DNA of 64,000 nt from Haliotis asinina (lineage: Eukaryota): contig NC_090280.1 in NCBI RefSeq assembly GCF_037392515.1, positions 54,237,037 to 54,301,036 of the forward strand. Direction: 5' to 3'. The stretch's first letter is position 1. Each line of letters starts with the position of its first letter. This document shows, piece by piece, positions 1 to 14,589 of the stretch. Position numbers and translations under genes: made by a program. A model generated the notes under the pieces. The model had not been told where the DNA came from and made no database searches. It was given only the letters and a program-made list of their open reading frames with translations.

Positions 1-1238
1 ATTAAGATAGCCGTTCAGTGGGATTTGTTTCACTGCTTTTACTTGCAGATAAAGACCGTTGTGGTGTTAATTACATTAAATACAGTTTAACAGGATTTTC
101 TTTTGTGCTTCCACTGCGGTCTATTTTGTAGTCATGTTACGAAACAACCAGGCCGGACAATCTAAACACACATGAAGTTGCACAGACTAAAGTTGCCTCC
201 CTTTGAAAATGACGACTCATAGTACCTACCACGGAAGCATCTCCAAATTACAATGTTTGTTCCTAACAGTAGATATCTTTGGCCCCAAAGCATCCTGAAG
301 GGCTAAACTTACCGTCAGTTTTTCTGTGTTTTTTTGTTGTTTTTTTTTTTTGTTGTTGTTGTTGTTTTTTGTTTTTTGGGGTTTTTTTTCTTTTTCTTTT
401 TCTTTGCTTTTCACGTCTATTTTAGCAATATTTAAGCTATGTTCTGACAAGGGATCCAAAAAATGGGCTCATTACATAACCAGGTTCTGTAAGTCTTCAT
501 ACACGTTCTCACATGCCTCATTGTTGCTGCACGTATTCTGGTTGACGTTGCTATCTGCGTCTCTCTGGTCGAAACGGAGGCTGGTATAGTTGTCCATTTC
601 TGCTGAATATGTGACATCAGAAGCCGTTTGCTGGTCTGATGGTCCTCTGCACTTCCTGTTTCTGATTCTGCAATAAGCAGCAGTCCTGAAAAAGGATATT
701 GACATTTTCTATAACAGCATCTCTTATGTTTCACTTTAACCTGAGGTATTGCTTCTATTGACTTTCTCTTAGCTTTCTATTGTAGTGAGTATGATCCTCT
801 GTATCTGTGCTTGTAGACTTGGAGGCTTTGTTTGGATTGAAATCAGTTGTGAGGTTTGTAATAGCTACAGTGTCTGCGCAGGTGACATTATCTATATCTG
901 CAGTTAATAAACAATTATGCTTACGATTTCGATTTAGTCGGAATTGTACAATGGACATAGACATTTGGTGAAGTGTTATAAATTTGGGGGGTATTGTTGA
1001 TTTAGTAAGTACATATTAGAATTGAATAATGTGTCATTCACTCGCAAATCCCGCGCGAGATGGCCATGGGTACATGGGTAGAATGTGTAAAGCCCACCCA
1101 CCCACCAGCCCTCCTCACTCACTCACTTACACACATGGATCTAGTGCCGGAATATAGTCGCACTCGAACAGTGGACATACACATTTCACTCACTCACTCT
1201 CTCACTCGGCAAGGTACACATGGCAGTATCATACCTAC

Positions 1239-1311
1239 CAGACAAGCGACGTGAGGACAATGGATGCGACAGAGGCGCTGATTGTGTACATGAAGTGAAT
1301 TTGGGATGAAT
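1239..1311 (-). CDS. Host TSR/EGF gene, copy 1, transmembrane exon (73 nt)
   Basis: Minus-strand acceptor ctggtttcag|, donor ctg|gtaggtatg. Encodes ...IHFMYTISASVASIVLTSLVW (hydrophobic helix). Paralogous to 58935-59007. Confidence 0.45.
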
Positions 1312-1483
1312 CTGAAACCAGTTTGTACATCACAATAAATAATATACCAGTACGTCCTGAAGTACACATTGTCCGTCCAACATTTAAATGCCTTTCAAGA
1401 AGTTCAGATGATCGCTGTTGACATGTTCTTGAATGGTAGTGGTATTTACTAAGACGGTGTCCGACACGGAAACTGTGCCATCT

Positions 1484-1545
1484 GAGTGAGTGAGTGAGTA
1501 AGTGAGTGAGTGAGTGAGTGAGTGAGTGAGTGAGTGAGTGAGTGT
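1484..1545. repeat. (GAGT)n microsatellite (possible SINE tail)
   Basis: Direct. Confidence 0.85.
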
Positions 1546-3372
1546 GATTTTACTTAATATTTTAAATCATGTGAAGTGGGCGTCACTCACTGTACACATG
1601 TGGGGAATCAAACCCTGGTCTTCAGCATGACATGTTGACGATTTGATCATTATACTAACCCATTCTCTCATGTGCCATCTGACACGACCGTGATATGTCT
1701 GACAGTGTCTGGCGTTATTACACTTAACTGTTTCACATTTGACCTACCTTTCACTACCAACAGGTCACATTGTTTCACGCCGACACTTTCGTGTCCCTCT
1801 CGCTTACAATGGGCGTAACACTCCTTCTCCTTCTGTCCCACACGACAGCAGAGGGATCTCCTTCTCGTCACCTCCCCGTTCTTGGAGTCATTGCAAGGTC
1901 CCCACTGTCCCCACTCACCCCACGTGCATTTTGCACAGTTGTCATGTGTTACCTCTGAAATGAAATAAGTGAGTGAGAGACTTTAGTTTTACGCCGCACT
2001 CAGCAGCAATAAATTAAGATTTGTCTCATTCACAATTTTTATGAGAAACAGCCATGATGAAAGGAATTTATAACGTGCACACTATGAAGGAAGTGTATTC
2101 TGACTCTCCCTTGCTCTTGTGTGGTTCATGACACCGTCTGAATTCATTTTGTACCAATGACAATTATTCGTGTACTATACATCTGGGATGCTGTCTATGA
2201 CATTAGCAACATGACCAGGTGTTGCATGATGCTTAGAATCAAGAGACAAAGAATCACCCTACCATCAGTGCAGCAAGATCCAGAGTATCCTTGTCCACAG
2301 TGGCAAATGCTGCTTGAGAAGTTTGCATTATTGAAACAAACTTCACTGCACTTCTCGGATTGAACTGAGTCATTCTCCGACATCCGACAATCAATCAGAC
2401 AGTCCTTAATGGTTTGGCCTTCACAGCAACAGGGTGACCTCGACCTCGACCTCTGTCCTCCGCCACATGTCTGGCTGCAACTGTTCCACTGTTGCCAGGC
2501 GTTCCAGGAACAAAGTTGGCAAGTCTGACTCTGATCTACGTGAAGATATGTGGGTTATGACCCGAATGTGTTTTGGGATGGTTAATATCCTGCATTTGGG
2601 CTACACATTGTATTTAGGGAGTCTTGGTGAGCCAAATTCGTCGCTTTTATTCCTAATGCAGGATATCCCCAAACACACAAGTGTGATAACCCATTTAACA
2701 TACAATGTCATTCATACTTTATAAAATTAATAAACAATGCTTTTTTTATTTCCACAAATCATCAAAGTTAACCAAATTTCGTTGAATGTGCATAAATCAA
2801 ATGACGTCACAAACATGACGTAACACGTTATGTCACAAGCTCAATGACACATTTTTTTACTGATCTCTCAATTGACTGGTCACTCAGTCGACTTCCCTAG
2901 TCGATCCGCACAACTGGGACCCGATTACTATTGTGTCAACTAAGTCAGCGTGTCTGACCACCCGATCCCGCTAGTCGCCTATTACCAGTGACCAGCATTT
3001 GTTACTGAAGGCAAGTATTCGAAATAGGCCCTTCCCGGGCCTTCACGGCGTTCTGTGTTCTAGATACTTCCTCCGCAGTGTGGCGTTGTGGAAAGTTTCA
3101 ACCAAATGTTCATGTTGATCGCAACCGTGTATATATGACATTTCTCATTTACAACGAGCTCAAAGTAAGGTCCTAACCCTAACCATTCCCGATGCACTGT
3201 TCAACGCAGACTCTTCTCGCTGTTCCGAAAGTTGCAATCCTCTATACATTCTATCATATAAAGTCCGCGGTAATCCCAAAATTGTGTTCCATTCGACTAC
3301 TTTCCAAAAGCATCGTATATGCACTTTCATGGAAATTTTGACTCTATGGATTGCTGAAAATTGCCATTTTAC

Positions 3373-3607
3373 CTCTTCCAGCTCTTACCATAGCTAGTGC
3401 ACTGTTTGGTGCAGACCCTCTTCTCGGTATTGTTCTCTCGGAAGTTGCAATCCTGTATACACTTAGACGTGTTCAACTCATGTTGACAGCAGCGCCATCT
3501 TTTCCTGGTCCGTGTTCCACACCCACAGTCTGTGTTGCAGTCTCCCCAGGAGAACCAGTTGGTCCACGTGCAGTGCCGGGCACAGTCACCTGACGCAGCC
3601 GTCTCGT
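3373..3607 (-). CDS. Host TSR/EGF gene, copy 1, exon 2 (second thrombospondin type-1 repeat)
   Basis: Acceptor ttttacag| (minus strand). TSR motif WTNWFSWGDCNTDCGCGTRTRKRWRCC. Donor |gtaaaat at 3372. Confidence 0.5.
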
Positions 3608-3881
3608 CTGTAAAACATGTCATGAATTAAACTGGTATACAAATTTTCAACCCGCACTACTCTTTATGTATCATGATTTGTCATGAAAGATATTTACTGA
3701 CGAAAACATTCGTGAAGTCATAACGAAGAAGGGTAGCAAGCAGTGATTATCTTTATTGCAATGCCCTTTTCGAGCAGCATAAGATCTCAAGATCTGTGTT
3801 AGTAAAACACGGGGCTAGGTGACATGAGACCTATACTCCAAGGTAATTCGAAAACCTGAATTATTATCCTACAACTCTCAC

Positions 3882-4197
3882 CTCGTTCACAACAAATTCC
3901 ATATTTGAGAGGAGGACAGTGACAGTAGCCATCGATAAAGCTACCACCATTGGGGCATTGAGTCGCACATGGCTCTGTCTCCACAGACGTGTTGGGTCGG
4001 TGGCATTTACCGATACAATCTGGAACATGAACTCCACAGCACATCTTCCGTGTTCTAGTTCTCACCCCAGCACAGGTTCTGGTGCAGGAGCTCCACACAC
4101 TCCAAGACTCCCACTCACAGGCCTGAAGCCCGGGTTCACACACACAGTACACAACCAGAGGCAGAAGCACGGCGATGTACACCTTTACCAGATCCAT
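3882..4197 (-). CDS. Host TSR/EGF membrane-protein gene, copy 1, exon 1: signal peptide, thrombospondin type-1 repeat and EGF-like module
   Basis: MDLVKVYIAVLLPLVVYCVCEPGLQA signal peptide. TSR motif WESWSVWSSCTRTCAGVRTRTRKMCC. EGF-like CPNGGSFIDGYCHCPPLKYGICCE. Donor gag|gtgagag on the minus strand at 3881. Confidence 0.55.
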
Positions 4198-4861
4198 CTC
4201 AGGTCATTGAATACCTTCAGAGAAAAAGTTGAAACGTTTTGTCGAAGACATTCAATAATGATAAACAGGTAATATCCCTAATCTTTGAAGCATTATTACC
4301 CCGCATAACCCAAGCTGCCAGAAGGCGCAAAAAGGTTAACCGTTATATGACTTATCCCACCAGGTAACCATTCACTGCTGGATGAGCAGAGACAATGTAT
4401 GAACAAACCCAATTGCTTTACGTGAGACACGTATGAGACAGAAATCTTAAAAGTTTCGTGTATTCGTTGTGGGGCAGGACTGGAGTCCTAGACATTCTCA
4501 GTTGTTAAGTTGTCAAACACTGTCAGCCGATTTGAGGTTTTGCCGAATATTTCTGACAAAAGCTGAAACTAAATAGACAAGGCCATTTCTAAAGTGGTTA
4601 TATTTGGGATTACGCTCTCTTTAATAAGTACAAATTCTAATGCTTTTGTTGGTTTGAGTCCTAGTGTTATTCGAACTGACACCCTCAAAGTCAGGCACCT
4701 AACACAGAAAGCCAGCCGCCTAACCCTCTCATCCACCGCAGGTTTCACAAAGTGGAAGCCTGACAACTGGTAGGCGAGACCTCCCTTCTGATAAGTGTAC
4801 GTTGGCACGGCTCCCACGAAAAGTGATCAATACACAATGTCATTTAGAATCATGAACCAAC

Positions 4862-5080
4862 ATGTTCTGTCACAGCAACAATATTATAAATGTTTTAACA
4901 TGTGCGGGACGTGGTGAACATTATATTGAAGGAACTGGAATGCATCTAAATGGCCTTGTCACTATACACAGACAGCAAAGATTTAAAGATTTTATCTTGC
5001 TATATATAAATGTAAGGAAACACATTGATGAATGCGGAGATGGGTTACCGTTTTGTCAGTTGTTCAATAATGATAAATAA
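4862..5080 (+). mobile_element. Penelope-like element fragment (GIY-YIG endonuclease domain only)
   Basis: NIINVLTCAGRGEHYIEGTGMHLNGLVTIHRQQ, about 70% identical at the protein level to the GIY-YIG segment at 41530-41630. Confidence 0.45.
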
Positions 5081-5523
5081 GTTTTTACGGATGGAAAAAG
5101 AACAAATGTTCATAATACTAACCTAAGTTCAATTCAAAATTATAATTTTGTATCCTTCTTAATGTAACTCAGAATGCATGGGCGTGGGGTGTCTCCATGC
5201 GCTATGTGTGGGTCGCGATCGGTGGGTGGAGTTAGGGAGAGGTGGGGTGGGGTGATTTATGCATGGTGAGTTTTATTGTGGGTGTGTATGTGTATGTGTG
5301 GGTGTAGGTGTAGGTGTAGGTGTAGGTGTGGGTGTAGGTGTGGAATGGGTTTGTTTCTGTGTTGTGAGTATTGAGTGTGAGTTATATGTGTATGTCTGTA
5401 TATAACTCTCTACTAACTATCGCAACAACCAATCAATCTTCAAACGTTACACCACTATGGATATCGAAACTGAAAAATCACGCCAATAAATCTATTTTTA
5501 AAACCTTATCCGCGATGATGTGA

Positions 5524-5634
<111 letters not shown>

Positions 5635-7078
5635 CGATATTGTCATATTGTCAGTACGCGGCATATCACTAAAATGTCGGCCATTTGTTTGACACGTTGC
5701 GCAATCCGTAAATCCTCCAGCTACGTATTCTGCTCGTGATTGATGTCGAGACTGACAATGTGTGATCGTGTCAATCATACAAAGAAATTACGCGACGTAT
5801 TGTCTAACAGGATAAAGTCGTCCCAGTGTTGGAGGCCCAAGGCATAATCTGGATATGCTTGTAGAAATAGCTTTCCTACTCTCAGCAGTAAAAGGACATG
5901 CGTGCTTTTACAATATTTCCTCTATATCAGTTAGACGTGTGATGATACAGAAAATTCTCCATACGATACGTATCGCGACATCTTGGAACAATACGATACG
6001 ATACGATTCGATTCACATCGCGATATGCTATCTTTCGTTATTTTCTTTATAAATGTATATTTTCATATCAAGTAACAGTGTGAAGTTTGACATTACCGTC
6101 AATTTCTAGTGAAAACTAACAATTTTTAGTATCAACGTATCACGATACGAAAAAAAGTATCGATACATTTATCATCCAATAAAGTTTCACGATTATCGAT
6201 ACTACGATATATCGCCACAGTTCTAACATCAGTACAGGGGAATTATTGCAATAATTAATACTTTTGGCGAGTACGTATTGGCGTCACTATTTGATAATGA
6301 TCAATAAACGATGTTAACGATTTAGTCGGAATGATACAATAGACACAGTTCTTGAGGATGAACACTTGTATGGATATACAATCCATAAAAGTCTCTATAC
6401 TCATCATACCAACTTCTAAACTGCCACTTAAAGAAGAGACACATGTACAGTTGTAATTACCATGGTCATTTTTGTATGGCTTGATATATTCTATATTCAA
6501 ATTGAATAATATTCTGTCACTCTTCGCGTGTTTCACGTGTACAATGATGTCTTAAAAAATTAGTACTTGTTCAAGTCCTGCTCATGATTAACTGTTTTCT
6601 CACATAAAATCGTGGAGAAGAAGTTGATGTGTATATAGCGTACAGATCAATTTGTATTTGTTATGTCCAATACCAGTAGGAGTTTACGATCTTGTCTTTT
6701 TCCGTAAACATCAGCCATTTGTTTGCTTAGTACAAACAATCCGATTTGGAACATGTCACACAAGATGACGGATATACCTGAACCTGACTCACACCACGCG
6801 CACACATTAATCAATGTTCACGTAAACACAACTGACGTCACGGGAGCCTTTGACCAATCTTCTGCGTCTGTTCCGTCAGTGACATAACTGCCCTCTGGTC
6901 ATCGAAACAAACGCCTTTGTCCAGCCCGGGCGTTATAAATGTTAACACGGGCTCAGTGTTGAATTGGAGCCATCACCAAACACCAACATGAGGGTCACTG
7001 AAACGCTGGTCTTTATTTTGGGGCTTGCCTTGTGCAGCTGTATGGCTCAAGGTCAAACACGGCGACAGGTAAAAAATT

Positions 7079-7180
7079 GTATGTATGTATGTATGTATGT
7101 ATGTATGTATGTATGTATGTATGTATGTATGTATGTATGTATGTATGTATGTATGTATGTATGTATGTATGTATGTATGT
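7079..7180. repeat. (GTAT)n microsatellite, about 25 units, followed by CT/GT-rich low complexity to 7330
   Basis: Direct. Confidence 0.9.
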
Positions 7181-8499
7181 CTCTATGTCTCTATGTCTCT
7201 CTCTATTGCTCTCTTTCAAGAAGCTTTTTGTATGTGTGTGTGTGTGTATGTATGTATGCATGGATGAATGATGAATGGGTATGTGTGTATGTGTGTGTCC
7301 GTGTATCTCTCTCTCTCTCTCTCTCACTCTCTATCTTTCTGTCCCTGCGTGCATACGTGCGAGCATGCGTGAGTGCGTGTGCAAAATATAAGGGATGTCG
7401 CTCTTCAGTTGGTAATTATCCCCGTGCATCTGGTATCTCGGGGTATGGAGAATGAAAGAATAGACAGTTCTTGTCTTTTTCAGTGAATGCATTATTTATT
7501 TGAATATTATGTGTTAAAGGTGTATATGTATTTGCAGCGACGCCGAGCACAGGTTTTAAGGAGCAGATGGTCACGTGACCTAGACACAAACGTAACTGTT
7601 AAAGAAGCGGCCGCCATTTTGAAGTCTAAAGAGAGAATATTCTTCCGATCCTCTGACAGAAGACTGACGGCGTTCAACATCACCCGATCCTACTCCTACA
7701 TCGACTACAACAGTGTGAGTACGTCAGAGCATTGGGTGGTTGGTTAGTTTGTTCAACCACAGGCAAACTGCATCGCAAATAGGGTTGCGCAAGAGAGAGA
7801 AAATGACCAGTCTTCTTATGTGCGAGCGAAGCGAGCAAAGATTGGCAACGTACTTCCCTCGCTTCGGTTCGAAAAATATTTTTATAATCAAAACAGAATA
7901 TCGCCACCATCGGGTACACAGACACACATTTCCTCAGTGGCTAGTGCTCTCAGATTTCTAATCGTATATTTAATAATTACTTACGTGAAGTATATTTTAT
8001 TCCACACTTTAAGCCCCACTTGTGGTATGGACGGAATGACGGTACAAGGGATGGTAAATCTAAACACACTTGTTGAATTATGTGTCCGTTCGCCCACTAC
8101 GTCAGAAGTGTTTTTATGAAGAATAAATGTTATGGAAATTCCATCAATAAGGATGACAACTGAGCTCGAATAGTTTCATAATAAACTTAGGCAACATGGT
8201 ATTTCTTTTAAATTTGTGCTCATTCGTGCTGCTTCTTTCCGTTGAACCGGAGTCAAGCAGAGGAAATGGAAGAACGATCTGATGTTGCTAATCTTTGCTC
8301 GTTTTGCTCGCATAAAAGAAGACTAATCATTTTCTCTCTGTTGCGCAATCCAACTGGCGCTGTAGTTAGCCTCACTCGGCAATATTCCAGCTTCATGAAG
8401 GCGTTCTGTAAATAATCTAGTCTGGACCAGACAATCCAGTGATCAGCAGCATGAGCATCGACATATGCAATTTGGACACGGTGACATACGTGAGTATTT

Positions 8500-9600
8500 C
8501 AGTTATGTAACTGTGTGTCAACCAGATGTGTGATGTGGACAATGCTTCTACATTTGCACGGTCTTAGTAGTAAAATGCATAAAATGTTGAAGAGCATATA
8601 CACAAATGTTAACATGTGTATAAGGAATAAGCATGAATTATCTGAACCATTCAGATGTACTTTAACACATCCTTTAAAGTATTCGATGACTCTGAAATAT
8701 GGGGACTGCAACAATATGACAGTATTGAAAGAGTTCATTCATATGCATACAGAACAAAAATCTTGGGGTAAAACCGAACACGTGTAATATGATGGTCTAC
8801 GGAGACTTACGTAGATTCCCTATGTTTACAAACTCTTCCATTAAAGTCATAAAGTATTGGGTAAGACTACTGAATATGAGGCGCAATGGGTTCCCGGAAA
8901 AATGTTCTGATATGATGAAATTGTATGACGAAATTGGGAGAAGAAATTGGGTGACTGATATTAGAGAGATGATGTACAAAACTTATGTGTGGTCTGATCA
9001 CAGTGTTCAGTTACACACAAACTTTATCATCATAAAAATTATCATTTACACAGAGAATGGAAGATATGTTTTTTCAGTCTTGGTTGGAATCACTACATCT
9101 ATCCACAAGATGCATAAACTATAATCAATAGAAATCTGGCATACATTTTGAGGACTATTTAGCAAAAGTTGACTCTAAAAACATTCGTATAGCTCTCTCT
9201 CGTTTCCATTGCTCTTCCCATGAATTATTCATTGAAACTAGCAGGTATACAACTATACAAAGAGAAAATAGAATATGTCAATTGTGTGTTATGAATACTG
9301 TTGAGAGTAAACAGCATTTCCTTCCAGTCTGTTCTGTTTATACGACTCTACGAACAAACTACCCTAAAACCGTACTTTTACAAGCATCCAAGTGTAAGAA
9401 TATTAATTTCACTATTAACAGATACAACCGCATCACTATTACAGAATCAATGTACATCTACTTTGCTATGAGACTAAGACAAAGTAGTGCTACAGAAAAG
9501 ACTTTATAAATGAGTTTTATGTACTCATGTAAACTCTAAATGTACTACAGGCTTGCGGCCTTTTTAGTACTGAAATAAAGATTGATTGATTTATGTGAAC
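8500..9600 (+). mobile_element. Non-LTR retrotransposon (LINE) 3' fragment: ORF2 C-terminal region
   Basis: YGDLRRFPMFTNSSIKVIKYWVRLLNM is the ELGRxPL...KYWxRL block found after the RT domain in many LINEs. The downstream Cys-His motif CQLCVMNTVESKQHFLPVCSVY matches the C-terminal CxxC...H...C knuckle. Confidence 0.45.
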
Positions 9601-10395
9601 CAATCAATTTGTGAAAATTATAACGACCATGGTTTAGACTGTTCATTCTTACAAACTGAAAATAAGGAATATATACTTGTTGGAGGACAATACCCTTATT
9701 AGCACAACGCTAGTCCCAAACTAATTATAACTTAAATGGCATCAGTTTACCCAAGGAACTCATAAACTCAAGCTGTCTTTAGTGAGGTCTGAATAATTCT
9801 TTCCAGCCATATTGGAATGAGTAACATTTTAAAAAGCTGACCGAAAAATGTTCATTATCAGGTATATTAAAATAGGTTTCGTGGTGTTACACACTAAGTG
9901 TCATTTACGTTTATTCACTTATGTCTATGACAGTAGGCTACTTTTCATTTACTAATTCCAACAGGTCTTATATTATCGATTAGGAGAAAACAAGGGCATA
10001 TCTACCTGACGACTTCGACCTCCAACTGTCCACTGTTGCTCTGTGGGGTGGTAAAACTTTGCAGGGCTGTACTCAAATGTTTGCTGTTTTATCAAAGTGT
10101 TGAATATATGGAAGAAATAATTTACATCCTACAGGACTTGGTGGTGACTAAGGCCTACGTGTCCGGCAGCCGGAAGTGCATCGTCCTACCAGGAAACATA
10201 ACCGACGACTTCAATACCACCATGAATGACGTACTGGCCAGGAAGGTGAGGAGGGTGATCGGTGATTTTGATTAATCATATATATTGATTTTGTGGTTAA
10301 TATTTTGTGTGTTATTTGAAACTTTTATATTGTTTTAAGAGGCTAGCGAAAAACATAAATTTACACTGTTTAACTTTTCATTCTTACTTTTGGAC

Positions 10396-10405
10396 TGGAG
10401 CTGGC

Positions 10406-10440
<35 letters not shown>

Positions 10441-10465
10441 CGACGACGACGATGACGACGTCGAC
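10396..10465. repeat. (GAT)n-(GAC)n trinucleotide microsatellite
   Basis: Direct. Gives the poly-Asp ORF 10307-10498. Confidence 0.9.
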
Positions 10466-13084
10466 GTTTTGAACATTCATAGGAAAGTGTTCACCTGACG
10501 ACAGAATCTTATGAAATTAAGTATAAACAATAATCTGTTAATACTTTTGGAAGATTCGCATCCCTGTGCCATTTGTATATTAAATTATTTTTCTCAATTC
10601 TTTTTCTGTTTATTCTTTTACTCAGAAACAGAGGTTGAACGAGACTCTAGAAATTGGCCAATTTGCGATGACATCAGACATTGCGATGACCACTTCAGAG
10701 AGAGAAGCCTTTCGGTCTGCCAGTCCTTATCTTGCCAGAAAATGTCTGAAATTGGATATCCTCAATGCAACGGAACCTGCTACTGGTTAGTGTATCCAAG
10801 AAGTAGTTTTCCCCATTAGATTAATCTGTATCCATACACGGTGCTATATACAACCGCACTATTCATATAGAAAAGACAATATATCTTGTCAATAACCGTC
10901 AATCATAGGCAGACTAAATGAACAGCAAATGAAACTGCTTTCAATGTACCACGCTTACCATTCTCTTCCCACAGTGGGTACTTGTCACATCTTCCTACGT
11001 AACCTGTGTTCTAATACGACCCCTTTCATGGTGCGAGTATTCAAGACTCGTGATTGGAGGCAATCAGATTTAGCAGTGCAACCAGCTACCTTGTTTCAAA
11101 AGTGATCGTTCGCAAGATCTCGGTAATTTCCGGATGCATCGTGAAAACTAGAACCTCTTCTCGAGCGCGATACTCAAATGTTTTGGGGTTTTTTTTGTTT
11201 CTCCACATTGCTTGCATTGGTCAAGTTGAATCTAATTCGATGTAACACGTGTTCTGATTGAACAGAAAAAAGGGAGATAAATCTGCTACCATTTTTCTGC
11301 CGCTAGGGGATATTATGAAAACCGCGAAATATGGCCGTATTAGAACAGAGGTTCGTAGGAAGATATGAAAAGTAGCCTCTGTGGGAAGAGGATGCACGCT
11401 TACAGGCGATGTAGTTTTTTTTCAATGTACACCGCTGGAAATACCGAACGCATTTGGTTCTTCATGGTAGTACTTCTTTATCTCTTCTTTATATATTCTT
11501 TATATAACTTTGAATCACGCATGATGCACGGAAATTACCGATGTTTTGCGATTGAAAGTGAATTAAGGGAGATAACTCTAAATTTGTTTTCCTTGTGTCG
11601 TCTGCACAATGGCGACGAAACGATTCGCCTCACATTCAGAAGAATTAAAATTCAGGAGTTCGGTCAGATGAATACGTTATTCACTGGTCCCTCGGGGTCC
11701 ATGGGCTCATGTACCCTCGAGGCTTGTTTTTGTTCCCCTCGCCCTGTCTCTTCAGTGACATTATGCCTTTTTTCGCTTTTCAGATATGACAGACACCCTT
11801 GATAAGTTTCCAATAACAATTCTAACTGTTAGAGGGATCGTCACCATCTACGTCAGCTCCACATTGAATGCATTGTCCTGAGACTGACACGTGGCTTTAT
11901 AAACCTATAAACTGAGTGTATGTATGTGATGAGTTATGGTTGTATGGCTATGGCGCCAAGACAGCTTTATAATTTGACCTTATGAGCGATGTTTCTGATG
12001 TAAAGGAAAATGAAGTGTAAAATTGCATTGCAGATGTATCTTCAAAAGAATCTAAAACCCTGGACATTTATACTAGTGACAGTGGTGGTCACTCGGTGTT
12101 AGCAATTAAAAGTAGAGAAAACGTATTACACGTGTGTCTTTCATAGTACTCTGTAACCGCCATTCAGTAACCCATACTTGTCGTAAGGTACGGCTAACGG
12201 GATCGGGTGGCAAGGATCGCCGATCAAACTGACATATGTCATCGTATGCCAGTTGCGTAGATCGATTTTCATGCTGTTAATCACTGGATTGTGACATAGG
12301 ACACGACAGAGCTGACTTGTAATTTTCAATACAGTTTGTTTGACACATCGAGTTCTGTTAACTACGTCTATTTGTAACTAACGCGCATTCCAAACTGGAT
12401 TTTCTTGGGCACTTCCAGTACGTAATGGAAATGCATATGTCGAACAACGGTTTTACGAACTGTTTGTCCTCAGCGATTAAAACGAACAGTTTCTGTTAAG
12501 GCCACTTACTATGTTTTTAGCCGAAATGCGTGCAATAACAGACTACGGTTACAACGAAGTGTTTTTGTCCTGGCCACTTGTTGTATCTTTTAGCCGAAAT
12601 AGCAAACGTCAGTTGTAACACACTCAGGTAAAACACATATTTTTTTTCGTTAAAAAAATATGAGGATAGTGACCATGACAGAAACAGATCGTTACATCTG
12701 TGTTGATGAGTGAGTTCGTCGGATCGAATATCGAACTAACATTTGTGTTCCCTCTGAGTTCGTTATAGCCGAAGTATACCGTATGTGTATCAGATTCACT
12801 GTCATTGTAACGGACAAAAGTTCTCTAATCCTGACTGCTTTGCAATCTTGACAAGTGAGTCGGACCTAGGTCAGTCCATAATAGACAGATTCCACTGTAT
12901 TGGAAATGGCTAGTGCTGGTATTTACATGGTTTGATTCATGTTTGTGATGTATTCGAGACTTGTGTGTGTGTGACAAATGAGTATCTAAAGTAGTAATCC
13001 AGGATACCACGGAGTCCGAGGTCTATTTACCAGTAGGTTCGCCATGGGTCATTAAACATAAGTAAGTGTTGTTTCTACTCTAAG

Positions 13085-13240
13085 CCGGAAGGGTCGGTGG
13101 GGTAGCCTAATGTAAAAGCGTCCGGGTTCGATTCCCAAAATGGGCACAATATGTGAAAGCCCATTCCTGGTGTACCCCGCCGTGATATTGCGTTAATATT
13201 GCTAATATTAATATTGTAAAACAATACTCACTCACTCCAA
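13085..13240 (+). mobile_element. tRNA-derived SINE copy
   Basis: A-box-like (ggggtagcctaatg) and B-box (ggttcgattccc), followed by the family-specific tail gccgtgatattgc...aatattgc...actcactcactc. Confidence 0.5.
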
Positions 13241-14589
13241 GCTCGAACGTACATTCGTGAAAATAGAATGTTATATCATTTGCTATCGGAGAGTGTTCAT
13301 ATTTGATTTTTTACGTACATTTTCATGTCTCAGGATTAATAAATGGTTAAACCTCCCTATACAAATCCAGTAAGAATGCATTGCGTCTTAAACTCAAAAC
13401 GAATACTCTGTGTAAAACGAACGACATATAACTAATTCATGTGCTGGGTTGCTATGAAGTTATATCATGCGCAGAACACCATATGTCCCAGTTGCATAAT
13501 GAGATGAAGCAAATGGTTGTTTTCCATTTAGATACATGACGTAAGGTTAGCGTGTTCCATTATTCCCAGTTGAGGTAAAACTCGTGAAATACATTCTTTT
13601 TTTTTTGTCTAACACTATTTCATCCTAACCTGTCATAACTGTCAGATGAAAGCACAAAACGTTGACGTCGGCGGCGTTCTGGTCATCACAACATACACTT
13701 CGTTGTGTTGACATGTCATGGGTAATGTCAGCGGAACTGAATGGAAATGCAACGTTGTGCGAACACTCAAGACTGGCTAGTTATGCCATTCCCTAAAAGT
13801 AAAGGATATTTCATTTTGCCAGCATACCACTAGTCAGTGCCAATACATATGAAAAGTGACATATATCCATACGGATGAAACGTTTCCAAAAGAATGCAAT
13901 AAACTGCCATGTTTTCCCTTAATCATTCTTCATCATCTCCTTCCTCCTTGGCTTCAGCATTTGCATTTTTTCATTCTTGTAAATCCAATATTCCATACTC
14001 TTTTGAATGGTATAGTTTTACAGCGTAAGTTGAATTATACAACGGTGCCCATTGTGTATAACAACAGATATTCACCCTCTATGTATATCATAGAATACAT
14101 GTACACAACTTATTCACCCACTACGTGTAATATAGAATACGCAAGATATTCAATTACTATACATAATATCCAAGATATTCACCCACTATGTGTAACATAG
14201 AATACGCAAGATATTCGCCCACGGTATATACAGAACCGCTACAGGAATATCACTCTACTCAAAAATGTTGCCAGATATGTTTCATCTTAATTTCAATTTC
14301 ATAAAATGTTGCCAGATACGTTTCATCTTAATTTTTATTTCAAAAAAATGTTGCCAGATATGTTTCATCATAATTTGAATTATTTTTCACATTTTTTTGT
14401 TAGCAAGACCTGGTTCGTAGCCAGTGTTCAAGCAAATTTTGCTTCAGATTCTGTATTTGATACAAAAACATCTCGTCAAAACGCTGTTACTGAAGTAATG
14501 ATGGGAAGAGGTTTTTGTGCGTGATTCATGAAAATGACAATGCACGAGCATCCCGAGGCGTTGTCCCTGTAAGAAGTGCCACCGAACAT

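Larger units (their letters stand above)
472..4197 (-). other. Host gene locus: type-I membrane protein with TSR and EGF-like repeats, copy 1 (about 7 exons)
   Basis: In addition to the exons above there are an EGF-like exon within 2195-2383 (CHCGQGYSGSCC), a TSR-like exon around 2430-2560, a Cys-rich exon within 1668-1871 and a cytoplasmic-tail exon within 472-705 (FFRTAAYCRIRNRK...). Exon boundaries for these are approximate. Confidence 0.45.

Noticed and set aside
11365-11802. 145-aa ORF
   Set aside because: No motif, no splice signals and no paralogue, so it is most likely a chance ORF in intergenic DNA.
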